The translations under genes were made by a program, and so were the position numbers. The notes below the pieces were generated by a model, which was not told the origin of the DNA, made no database searches, and was given only the letters and a program-made list of their open reading frames with translations. A stretch of 33,541 nt of DNA from Octopus bimaculoides (taxonomy: Eukaryota), in assembly GCF_001194135.2 (NCBI RefSeq), contig NC_068983.1, positions 29,768,436 through 29,801,976 of the forward strand. Direction: 5' to 3'. Of the stretch, positions 10,445-21,322 are shown one piece after another (the stretch's first letter is position 1; the number at the start of each line of letters is the position of its first letter).

Positions 10445-11070
10445 TTATTTTAGTGGTATTAAATCGTTTTCCAGCAGCCATTCATTTGTCACTGGTGCCA
10501 AGCTGTATCGGCCTTTGTCTTTCTCTTGGATAACATCGGGGAAGAAGGAAGACTGGTATGCATGGGCTACTACTGGTCTTCCATAAACAACCTTGCCCGA
10601 ACTTTTACCTCGGAGAGTAACTTTTCTTGGTGCAATCCCTTGGTTATTCATTACAAAAGGGCATCTTCATATCATAGTTGATATAAAATATTAATACATG
10701 ACTTCTTGAATTTGAAAAGCCGTAGCGTTGATTATAAACCTATCAAAAACAGCTCGTTATCTGTATACCAATAGTAACTTGGGTAAATGTCTCCTGTTAT
10801 AGCTTCTTGTCGAACGAACTCTTCTCCTTGATGTGAATCGAAAAGTCTTAAACCGTGCAGTAACACGTATGATGGGCTGTTTTGGGATGTTAGACTTAAT
10901 TCGTCACGTGGCTTAACACAATTTCTACTACGTAACCTCGGGTACATTTAATGGAACACCCGCTGTGTTACCAGCACCTGGATCAAATTTGTTATTTTGG
11001 AATAACCCATATGCCATGATTTCTTTCCTTCTCTCTTCATGGTATCTGAAGCTCTGCAAACAGGTCATCG
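10445..11070. pseudogene. Unidentified coding-like island (frameshifted minus-strand ORF pieces, or small + strand exons)
   Basis: Non-repetitive and GC-richer than its flanks. Minus ORFs 10445-10651 and 10732-10947, plus an open stretch at ~10935-11075, read like protein. No family recognised. Confidence 0.4.
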
Positions 11071-12063
11071 ACACTAACCTTCTTCCAGATTATTAAAATA
11101 AAAACAATCTAATTTATACACGTACATTTTTGCTCATTTTCCTTTAAACATTATCAGACTATTTCCACGCAGAAATTGACTTAATAGTGATTTTTTTTTA
11201 TGAGACTATAGTAAATTAATTTTGCAATATAATGTGTAACAAAATGATTTATTTTTAGCAAACACAATGCAAATGCTTTACACTCGAGTTGATATGGAAA
11301 TTGAAATTTCACACAAGACTTAAATTCAGACAGAAGACGCAATTAAACGGTCAAACATCAAGAGTTTAACGAGATTCGTTGTGCATCGCTAAGTCAGAAA
11401 TTACACTGCAAAAAAAAAAGGAACTGCAATAGATGGAGACGAGAGAAATTTTAATGTATCGAAATTATTAGGCCATCCTTTCGATACGTGTTTAATCCAT
11501 CAGAGAGTGACAAATAATACAGAACTAACGTAACAGATATATTGAAGTAGCCGTGAGAACATAGGCGCACGCACACACGTATAATAAATGTTAGGTGATT
11601 GTTATTGAAGAACAACAGCATAAGTAGTGATAACATAACAGAAACTTAATAAGATAAAGTGTGTAGCGTCTAGATAAGTATTAAAATAATTTATGACATA
11701 ACACAGATATAAACACGAGAAAAAAAGAAGCTAACACAAGTTTTAAGACATAGGACAGTAGGGAGTTTAAGTAGTAAAAAACAGAGCGCAGAACCATTAC
11801 AGAACTAAAAATAGGGAACTAAAAATACAGAACTAAAAATATGGGAATATGATTGGAAATAAACAAAGAATCATGTAAGATAATAGGAAAAGATAAAAGT
11901 TCATTCACTAGAAGACAGATAGAAGGAAGGACAGACAGACAGACAAATGAACAGAAAGACAGACATCACGCATAAGTAAAATAAACAGTAAAGAAAATTA
12001 TGAAGCTTGGAGAAATATTTTCTGAATTTTTTCACAAGAACATACACTTTTCCATCCAACTAG

Positions 12064-12164
12064 TAGTCTTAGACCGCTCCAACGATTTTTCCATCCAACT
12101 AGCCTTAACGCACTGGAACATTTATTTGCAAAATATGGTGTGGCATCCTAGGGGGAAAAAAGTG
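12064..12164 (+). CDS. Candidate upstream exon of the + strand gene: xVLDRSNDFSIQLALTHWNIYLQNMVWHPRGKKV
   Basis: Acceptor TTTTCCATCCAACTAG| (12063, duplicated in frame at 12102), strong donor GTG|GTAAGC, open frame phase 1 to 0. It needs an additional phase 0-1 exon to link to 13356. Confidence 0.35.
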
Positions 12165-12457
12165 GTAAGCTTCTGTTGAGTCAAAATCGCAACAAGATTT
12201 CGATTCTTGATTAACAGAAGTCCATTTCGCTTATATCACTGTTACCCTCGAGATAAACGTCGTGATATTCCAGCTGTTTTTTGTTGTTGTTCTTTTTTTT
12301 TTATACCTTAAATCTTTAAGCATACGTCTTTTGTTCCCAGCTCCACATAAAAGCCCAACATTAGAAGACTACTTTGTGACAAAATCTAGGCAGTTACGTT
12401 GAACTTTGGAAACAAATAACAAACAGCATAATGTGAGCTTTCTTACTGATAAATATA

Positions 12458-12614
12458 CCATATCTTAACTTGTATAAGGAACCCCCTAATTTTGGGGGCT
12501 TAAAATTTGGAAAAAAGGTTTTGTAAGGGATTATATTACTATCAATGTATAAGAAACTCCCATATTTTTTTAATCTAATTTTTGACAAAAAAGGGTTCCT
12601 TATACACGTTAAAC
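12458..12614. mobile_element. pogo/Tc2-like MITE, right end eroded
   Basis: TA|CCATATCTTAACTTGTATAAGGAACCC ... GGGTTCCTTATACACGTTAA inverted termini with an internal GTATAAG repeat, same architecture as 13470-13624. Confidence 0.55.
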
Positions 12615-12754
12615 TTTTAACTCTGTCACGCCGTGTTCCCGCTATAGCAGGAATAGGTTAAACATCATCTGTGCTGGATTTCCGGTAAAGCGATAATGAA
12701 CAACACATGTAGAAAAAGAAGATGCAGTCGATTCTGTCCATTAGTTTGCCGACA

Positions 12755-13083
12755 ATCGTTACTCTTGAGCTGTGTCTATTACTTGTTTCAGTCATTTGAC
12801 TGCGTCCGTGCTGGGGCACCGCCCTCAACGGTTTTCTATTCGAACAAATCGACCCCAGGACTTGTCTTAAGCCTAGTACATATTCAATCGGTCTCTTTGG
12901 CCGAACCGCTAAGTTACGGGAACGTAAACACACCAACGCCAGTTGTCAAGGTGTTGTGGGAGGACAAGCACAGATGCAAACACACACGCATAGATATATA
13001 CATACATATATATAAATATATATGTGTGCGTGTTTGTATGTATATGTGTATATGTGTGTGTATATATATATATACATATACAT
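12755..13083 (-). mobile_element. Family A SINE, 3' half ending in its internal microsatellite at a gap
   Basis: TACTTGTTTCAGTCATTTGACTGCG...CGCTAAGTTACGGG..GTAAACACACC then (TA/TG)n. Confidence 0.85.
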
Positions 13084-13355
13084 NNNNNNNNNNNNNNNNN
13101 NNNNNNNNNNNNNNNNNNNNNNNNNNNNNNNNNNNNNNNNNNNNNNNNNNNNNNNNNNNNNNNNNNNNNNNNNNNNNNNNNNNNNNNNNNNNNNNNNNNN
13201 NNNNNNNNNNNNNNNNNNNNNNNNNNNNNNNNNNNNNNNNNNNNNNNNNNNNNNNNNNNNNNNNNNNNNNNNNNNNNNNNNNNNNNNNNNNNNNNNNNNN
13301 NNNNNNNNNNNNNNNNNNNNNNNNNNNNNNNNNTTTTTTTTTTTTTTTTGTTCAG

Positions 13356-13437
13356 GAGTCCAGGTGGAAGCTAAAATTAGCCACAAGGGCCCCGGTCTGA
13401 GAGAGTTAAATTACCAAAACCCTTCTATGTTTTCTAG
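13356..13437 (+). CDS. + gene exon A (82 nt): (G)VQVEAKISHKGPGLRELNYQNPSMFS(R)
   Basis: Poly-T GTTCAG| acceptor, AG|GTAACA donor, phase 1 to 2; joins exon B in frame. Confidence 0.7.
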
Positions 13438-13469
13438 GTAACACAGCATCTGATGGGTGTCGTTAATTA

Positions 13470-13624
13470 CCGTATTTATTCGTGTATAAGTCGCACCCTT
13501 AATTTAGTGTCAAATCTCGGTACAATTTTTTTTTTTGCCTTCCGTATAAGTCGCACCTCAGTTTTTTTTTCAGTTAGAATCTAATATAAAGTAAATAGTA
13601 CGACTTATATACGAGCAAATGCGG
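13470..13624. mobile_element. pogo/Tc2-like MITE, 155 bp, TA TSD
   Basis: TA|CCGTATTTATTCGTGTATAAGTCG ... CGACTTATATACGAGCAAATGCGG|TA. Confidence 0.8.
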
Positions 13625-15128
13625 TAACTGAGTAAATGATTGTTGTTGTAGTTGTTGTTGCTTAGTCCCAGGTCATATCTAACCGATTAGTCTTTGAATC
13701 AATTGTATTCAATTGATGACCATCCAGTTTTCTTTTTTAACTTTCTGTCAGATACAGTGAACCCTGGGCTAACTTTTCAGGTTTCAGAGGTAATTATGAG
13801 AAATTTGCCTATTTCTAACAAATCAAGCGACTACTTAAAGGCTCTATCATTGGTTCATTCTTATTGGCTGTTATTAAAGGAATAAAAATATGGAGTACAT
13901 GTTTCACTACGTTAATTCAAGAGTTGCTGACTCCCCAAAATCACAAGTTTCCTTTTAGATTTAAGTTTAATTCCCGTTTCCTAAAAAAAAATCGCCTTTT
14001 CTCAATCAGAGTTTCACAATATCATAACGCCATACTATAAACTTTCAAACATCGTTACTATCTTTCCAAATCCTACTATCTTTCACATGGAATTTTTGGC
14101 CCTGGTGTATTAATCAACCTACCTTTTTGGGGCTGTAAATTTTGGTCTGAAAATTCGACTTGTATGCCGGAAAATATTATATCTTGTCACTAATTTAGAT
14201 TCGAACTGGAAATTTCCTTTCTAAACTAAGATGTTTTATCCAATCCCAGTGACTTGGTAAACAAGAATATTACTACGAAATGGAGATATAAATGTTGTAA
14301 ATATGCATTCTAAAGATGAAGTTAATGGTGTGGAAAATAATAATTTTATTAAATGTCTTGTTTTTCTTATGAGACGTCATATTGTTTTGAAGCAGATTTT
14401 AAACTAGGTCTCTAAACCCCACCCACCTCTTCATAATAGTGAATGTTGTTATAGACTGAAATTCTTGGCATTTTTCTTCATTTGTTTATACACCCGTTGG
14501 ACGGTGTATAAACACCCGTCCAACCGTCCAGCATCTAGCAGCCAATTAGATGGTCTGCATTCTTGGCAGCTCATTCGTTTTCCCAAAATTCTGTCTTATA
14601 ACTTCTGTTGGACATCATCACTCAGAAATATTTCTGTACACATTTCGGCACTGCAGTAACATGGCATCTAGAGGCTGTTGGTGGTGGTGATGGTGGTGAT
14701 GAGCTAATCCAGCCATCCATCCATCTGAGTTCGAATCCCGCAGAGTATAACATTATTTGTCGTTTTTCGTTGTTAGTGATATTCCAATATCAACAGAACT
14801 AGTCAATAGAATTCTGCTAGTGGTACCAATAAATTAAATTCTATTCCGAAACCTTCATTTCACTTCGCTTGCATCATTAATGTGTTTGAGAAAAGCATGA
14901 ACATCGCAGTGGTTTCTATGCAACCACTGAACTACTAGAAATAGCAACCAAATCTCCCTAATATCATGCTACAGTTGTTGAAAAGTTACACCGTCGATAA
15001 TATAGTGCTTGAAAATAACATGTAGTGGTCGTGAGGGAATGTCTTTGACAATGGGTTTGCTCGATTCAGGCTGAAAACAGCATAAGCATCACACCGTTAA
15101 GTTTCTCCCCTATATAAAATGAGTCCTC

Positions 15129-15169
<41 letters not shown>

Positions 15170-15429
15170 NNNNNNNNNNNNNNNNNNNNNNNNNNNNNNN
15201 NNNNNNNNNNNNNNNNNNNNNNNNNNNNNNNNNNNNNNNNNNNNNNNNNNNNNNNNNNNNNNNNNNNNNNNNNNNNNNNNNNNNNNNNNNNNNNNNNNNN
15301 NNNNNNNNNNNNNNNNNNNNNNNNNNNNNNNNNNNNNNNNNNNNNNNNNNNNNNNNNNNNNNNNNNNNNNNNNNNNNNNNNNNNNNNNNNNNNNNNNNNN
15401 NNNNNNNNNNNNNACACATACATACATAT

Positions 15430-15616
15430 ATATATACATGTACATATATACGACGGGCTTCTTTCAGTTTCCGTCTACCAAATCCACTCACAAGGCTTTG
15501 GTCGGCCCCGAGGTTATAGTAGAAGACACTTGCCCAAGGTGCCACGCAGTGGGACTGAACCCGGAACCATGTGGTTGGTAAGCAAGCTACTTACCACACA
15601 GCCACTCCTACGCCTA
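15430..15616 (-). mobile_element. Family A SINE 5' half, adjacent to microsatellite and gap
   Basis: Near-identical to the reverse complement of 6794-6957. Confidence 0.9.
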
Positions 15617-15664
15617 TGTATATATATATATATACATATATATAAATACACACACACACGCACG

Positions 15665-15711
<47 letters not shown>

Positions 15712-15770
15712 ACACGTGTGTGTGTACTTATGTTGTGCGAAACAGATATTGTTATATTTCGGGATGGTCA

Positions 15771-16041
15771 TTTTTTTTTCTTGCCAAATAAGCACACGCA
15801 TTATATATTCGTTCTTCACACGTTTATTATTGTCCTTATTTTGTCTTGCGTCCATTGTCTGAAAATCTTTCGTCACACGCCTGTGACATTTTCAACGACT
15901 CTTCTATCCCACGTGTCGCTGAAGAGGTCAAGGTGTGTGACTAAATATTTCTAGACAATGGACGTAAGATGAAATAAGAACAAAAATAAACGAGTGAAGA
16001 ACGAATATATAGTGCGTGTGTTTATTTGGCAAGAAAAAAAA
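15771..16041. repeat. ~270-bp palindrome (arms 15771-15899 and 15915-16041) containing degenerate hammerhead-ribozyme-like cores; probable Penelope-like pLTR relic
   Basis: Hand alignment gives 13 mismatches in the outer ~110 bp and a 15-nt spacer. Core consensus is CTGAAGA-(T/G)GTCAC-AGGYGT-GTGAC-GAAA. The confidence value refers to the inverted repeat; the ribozyme call is weaker. Confidence 0.85.
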
Positions 16042-16094
16042 CGAACAAATGTATGTATGTATGTACGTACGTACGTACGTACATACATACATAT

Positions 16095-16819
16095 ACTAAA
16101 GAGACAGTGAAGCACTTGAAACTCTAAAATGTGGATTATGTCATGTCTCTGTGGAGGACATCACGCATGTGATTAACGGCTGCCATCACGGCTGTCATCA
16201 CGGTACTATCTCCTTATGCAGCACGATGTTGACGCATAAACGATATGCAATGCTATTCGGAAAAAAGACTGTCCTTGGATAAATGCAGAGAATACCCCTG
16301 TTATTGAATACGTACACAAACATCAACACAAGGGATACTGGTTGAACATTCCTATCAAAACATGTCAAGTGTAAGCATAACTGGACGGATATTGTTGTTT
16401 GGGATAGACAAGGAGAGATATGTACCGTCATAGAGGTCAGCTGTCCTCTATGATGTGAATATCTCTTTGACAATCAAAGAGAAAGAGGATAACTGTGGAC
16501 AGCTGCTTCAAAACCTCCAGCTTCTATATTCAGATTATAAATTTACATTTATACCAATAATAATTGGTGCATTTGGTTTTGTGAGTAAATGCCTAACATT
16601 CTAGATAAGCATGAATCTTCAGAAAAAGAAATCAATCAACTAACTCGCACATTACGAATACAATCTGTAAATGGAGCAGTAAAAATATGCAAGACTTTTC
16701 TCACGTTTAAAACGTGACATTGTTTTTATCTACATTCTACCGGTGTAGCTTCTTATCTTTGTTAGAAACAAGCTCCTTCCTCAGACGAAGAATTTAGATA
16801 ATCAAATACAGAAGAGAAC
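16095..16819 (+). pseudogene. 3' fragment of an RLE-type (R4/Dong-like) non-LTR retrotransposon, copy 1
   Basis: KCGLCHVSVEDITHVINGC (CCHC knuckle), RYYLLMQHDV (RH motif), KCKHNWTDIVVWD..ICTVIEVSCP (PD..E), IKEKEDN (K.K.Y-like), FIPIIIGAFG and VKICKTFL*; frameshifted; 3' UTR ends AGAAGAGAAC. Confidence 0.85.
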
Positions 16820-16860
16820 ATACATACATAATACATACATGCATGCATGCACGCATATAT

Positions 16861-16984
16861 GACTTTTCTCAAGTTCCAAATGTGAATTTGTCTGTGTTAA
16901 CTACACCCCAAAGATGGAGCCTTGTATCTTTGTTGGAAACCGGCTCCCTCCTCAGTGGAAGATTTATAATAATTAAAATAGAAG
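16861..16984 (+). mobile_element. Tandem, severely 5'-truncated copy of the same RLE element (last ORF codons plus 3' UTR)
   Basis: GACTTTTCTCAAGTT...TGTGA matches GACTTTTCTCACGTTTAAAACGTGA; ATCTTTGTTGGAAACCGGCTCCCTCCTCAG matches ATCTTTGTTAGAAACAAGCTCCTTCCTCAG. Confidence 0.7.
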
Positions 16985-17417
16985 ATATATATATACATAA
17001 ACAGATAGATCAGAAACCAACATCAAAATTATTAATATCTGTTTTCATTTTTAAAGCATCTTGCTTCAAAATCATGAGGTCTTTAACGAAATAGTACTGT
17101 TAATTGAAGAATAGAATTAAAGAAACAAACAACATGAAGACAAAAAAAATATCAAAGGAATATATATATTTACCATAAGGACTTCATTTAAAATCTTGAT
17201 TCCTTATTTTCAGTAATTTCACAATTTTTTATGAATTGTGCAATTCTTAGTAGATATGGTTGAAATACAGACGTTTAAAATGTTCAGTCGGATTCTATTC
17301 GATAATACTTCGCAAATTCGCAAAAGAAAACTCAAAGGTTATGTATTTCCTTGTATGATAACTACGTGTATTTGTTTATATAATCATACACAGCTTCTAC
17401 ATTGGTTTTCTGCCATT

Positions 17418-17482
<65 letters not shown>

Positions 17483-17500
17483 ATGATTGATAGATAGATT
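17418..17500. repeat. (AGAT)n microsatellite
   Basis: Direct reading. Confidence 0.95.
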
Positions 17501-17628
17501 TAGGTGTTTTTACGTGTGCAGGCATGTATATTTTGTTTGTATGTCTACTTGTATACTGGTGTCTCCTTTCATATACATACATGCATACATATATACAAGC
17601 AGACAGACAGACAAATAGATAGATAGAC

Positions 17629-17659
<31 letters not shown>

Positions 17660-18408
17660 GAGCTATGTACTTCTCTTGGTCATCATATTTGTACGGATTT
17701 GTTTGTTATTGTATTTATCTGCGTGTATATAAATGTATAATTATGCATGAAAGCGTCTTTTTTTCGTGAACTGAAACTATGAGTGTAAACGCATTAGCAA
17801 ATATACTTGCACGTGCATGTGGAGAGATTTAAATTAAATAAATTTCGTGTGCGCAAGTAAAGCGGAACAATATATAAGGAACAATAAGTAGGAATGTAAA
17901 GCTCGAAATGAATATCCGAATATCTCGATTGGTCAATATAAACCTTCCACGCTAAAGTGCGGCCAAAATGTTTCAAATGAAACTTAGTCGATGACTTAAA
18001 AGTTTTAATGAGTGGGCCAAGGTTATTATTATACCACCTGGGACAAATGCCTTGTGGGGTAGATACTTAGACAATCTCTCAAAATACAACCAAGTTGAAA
18101 TAATAAAATAAAATGTTACGATGTATTCTGACCTAAGTACTAATAATTTAGCGTAGCATTTCAAGAGCTAACAAGCTGAGGAGTTTGAGAGAGCAACAAT
18201 TTTATTAAAAAGAAAATAAACACAGGGAAAACAAAGGCTTGTATCTTCTACACAGGAGGTACGTATCATAAATCATTGGATCTATACAAATTAACAAATT
18301 CAATTATTATTATTATTATTATTACTACAACAACAACAACAATAACAACGACAATTCGTCAGTGAGATGCCAGCACAAACTTTAATTTGATTTGAATTTA
18401 TTTATTAG

Positions 18409-18524
18409 ATACAGACGACAGAGAAATAAACTTGCAAATGTCGAAGTAAACAATTACCGGATTTCCGGGCAATTTACCTCCCATGAAGAAATTTTTTCTG
18501 TTAAATTAACACAGAGATTTATAG
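18409..18524 (+). CDS. + gene exon B (116 nt): (R)YRRQRNKLANVEVNNYRISGQFTSHEEIFSVKLTQRFI(E)
   Basis: TTTATTTATTAG| acceptor, AG|GTATTT donor; only the phase 2 to 1 frame is open. Confidence 0.7.
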
Positions 18525-19234
18525 GTATTTCTGTGTCCGTATGTATATATAAAATTCTTTTCATTGTCGTATCTGTCATGTAAATGACAGCATTTCAAGC
18601 ACCTTCTGCCGTATTTGTCAAGCCTTTCCCCTCTATGCTGGGGACGTAGTTAATGTTTGCTTCCTTAATATATTGTAATTTAAACTCTAGTCCATATTAT
18701 AACTGCACATTAATTGATCATAGTTATCTGATGCCAGGCTCAGTCTTAGGACTTTTAACCGTTAGCGTTCTTGTTATTGCAGCCCAAACAGGTCAAATCT
18801 AATAGGACAGAGCTCTGATCAAAAAGAGACGATATCCGTGACTATTCTATCTTCTTTTTCTGAAGCATAGCTTATCCAGAAGTACATCATCCTATATGTA
18901 TTTCTTGGCCATTTTTTCAAAATGAAACAATGAGATATGAGCGGGATTTGATTGTTATGCGTAGAAGGCATAACAGTATTGTTGTTTATCTCCAGGTCCA
19001 CCCACATCAAGAAGGTTGTCCATCCATGGCTATCACGACTTGGAAGTACATAATACTATATTATCTAATATTTCTTATTCTTTTTTAAAGGGAAAAAACG
19101 TAGGGTGTGATATAAAGAAGCTTGGCTGATATTTCTAACAGTTCAAGAGATTGCGTAAAGGTCCCTCGCTGGTTATAAAGTACCGGTAATAAAAAATATA
19201 TTGACTTGAGCTAAAGCTTGAAGAATCAATAATA

Positions 19235-19635
19235 TTACTTTCAAATTTTAGCACTTGTCCAGCAATTTCTGGTAAGAGATACGTCGATTACATCGACCTC
19301 ATGGCTCAAGTGGTACATATTTTATCGGCTCTGAAAGAATGAAAGCAGAGTCGACCTCGACGGAAATAGAACTCAAAACGTGAAGAATACCGTTAAGCAT
19401 TTCGTCCGGCGTGCTATCGATTCAGCCTTGAGAACGTCAATAATATTGATATCTAATATAGGTACATAACATCGATTATATCAGTCATATTCATTAATTG
19501 ACGGTTACTTATTTTATAGGTCCTTGAAGAATGAAAAACAAAACTGAACGTAGCGTGATTTGATCATAGAACGTAAATAGGTATAACTGAATATTGTAGG
19601 GTATTTTTGCCAGACGCCCTCACAATTATGCCAAT
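19235..19635 (-). mobile_element. Two tandem degraded family B SINEs
   Basis: GAAAGAATGAAAGCAGAGTCGACCTCGACGGAAAT at ~19330 and GAAGAATGAAAAACAAAACTGAAC at ~19525. Confidence 0.7.
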
Positions 19636-20303
19636 CCACTGTCCTTTAAATTAATAAAGCACTTTACCCGGTCAATTGAGGACAAAAGATCTCGCGCGTC
19701 TAGTCAAAACAGAAAAAAAAAACATGCAGCAGATACACGCTGAACGCATAACCAAGAATCGAAACCTTGGTCTTCATGCTTCTGTCCATTGGTCTCTGAA
19801 TTTGCACTCAGAATTTTTTAGTGTTATCATTTGAAATCGTCACCATATTAAGTGAGAAAGAATTTGATTGAGACAGCTCATACAATTCCATTGTTATTGA
19901 TTAGTTCGACTTTGGCACAAGTATAAATTTGAGACACAAACAGCAAAATATTCTTTCTTTGGCAACTTTTAGAGTTAAATTTTCTTTCTTTCTCCCCAGC
20001 CCCTGCCTTCTTTCCTCTGCTATTTACAGACAGCTAGCTTACTATTAATCGCAAACCTCTCACGAGCTTTATATCATTGTTTTTCTCCTTTCATACAACT
20101 TAATGATAGACTTCCACAAGATATTCTCTCTATCAAAACTAACATTTGTATTTTGTGGAAAAACTTCGTAACGGTTGAATAAAATCAAGGATAACTATGA
20201 ACTATTTCTTGCGTCAGTTTCTTTCAGTGCATCCAGAAATATTTATGCAACACACGGCCTTTCTTCAAACGCAAGCTCTTTTTCAACTTGCTACATGCAA
20301 CGT

Positions 20304-20689
20304 CGTGGAGGCGCAATGGCCCAGTGGTTAGGGCAGCGGACAAGCGGTTATAGGACCGTGGTTTCGATTCCCAGACCGGGCTTTGTGAGTTTTTATTGAG
20401 CGAAAACACCTAAAGCTCCACGAGGCTCCGGCAGGGGATAGTGGTGAACCCTGCTGTACTCTTCCACCACAACTTTCTCTCACTCTTACTTCCTGTTTCT
20501 GTTGTGCCGGTAATTGAAAGGGTCAGCGTTGTCACACTGTGTCACGCTGAATATCCCCGAGAACTACGTTAAGGGTACACGTGTCTGTGGAGTGCTCAGC
20601 CACATGCACGTTAATTTCACGAGCAGGCTATTCCGTTGATCGGATCAACTTGAACCCTCGACGTCGTAAGCGACGGAGTAACAACAACA
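20304..20689 (+). mobile_element. tRNA-SINE family C, full length, 11-bp TSD
   Basis: A box TGGCCCAGTGG, B box GGTTTCGATTCCC, (AAC)n tail, TSD ACATGCAACGT at 20293-20303 and 20690-20700. Confidence 0.9.
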
Positions 20690-21099
20690 ACATGCAACGT
20701 TACCCTGTGACCCTCACATATTACATCATAACCATCGCAAACAAATTAAAAAGTGGTATTCTTAGTTGGTGACAAACTGAATCCTTTGCGGTATGGTTAG
20801 AACTGTTTTCATTACAGCCGCTAATACTATACGATGTATCTCAACACAAGGGATTGAAAAACATTTAAAGCAAACAAATCCTTGAGAAATATCACTTCAT
20901 CCTATTTCGTTATCCATCATATATCATGTATGTTTTGAGCTGTTGGTGAGGGATTTTCAAGAGGTTAACCTTTGATGCACTATATTTCCGATAATGAAAG
21001 TAGCAAAAGAAAGCCTGTGCAATTCGGACGAAATGAAAACAAGGCATAGTATTTTTGTTCGATACTCCGGTTTTTCATGTTTTCTCCTTGATGCATATA

Positions 21100-21156
21100 G
21101 CTTTTGCCAATACGCGCATACACACATATATCACACATACACATACACGCGCGCGC

Positions 21157-21227
<71 letters not shown>

Positions 21228-21253
21228 GTGTGTGTGTGTGTGTGTGTGTGTGA
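21100..21253. repeat. (CA)n/(TG)n microsatellite
   Basis: Direct reading. Confidence 0.95.
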
Positions 21254-21322
21254 AAAATGAAAGAAGGAAAATGCAGACAGTTTACATAGTTTTGATATAT
21301 TTTTACTGAGCAGGTAGTTATA

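Noticed and set aside
12657-12684. 28-nt phase 0-1 exon (VKHHLCWIS-G) that would link 12164 to exon A
   Set aside because: The acceptor is weak and lies downstream of two better AGs. It was chosen post hoc, and the true linker could lie in gap 13084-13333.
17214-17337. Exon-like segment with strong acceptor and AAG|GTTATG donor
   Set aside because: All three frames from the main acceptor contain stops, and it does not link convincingly between exons A and B.
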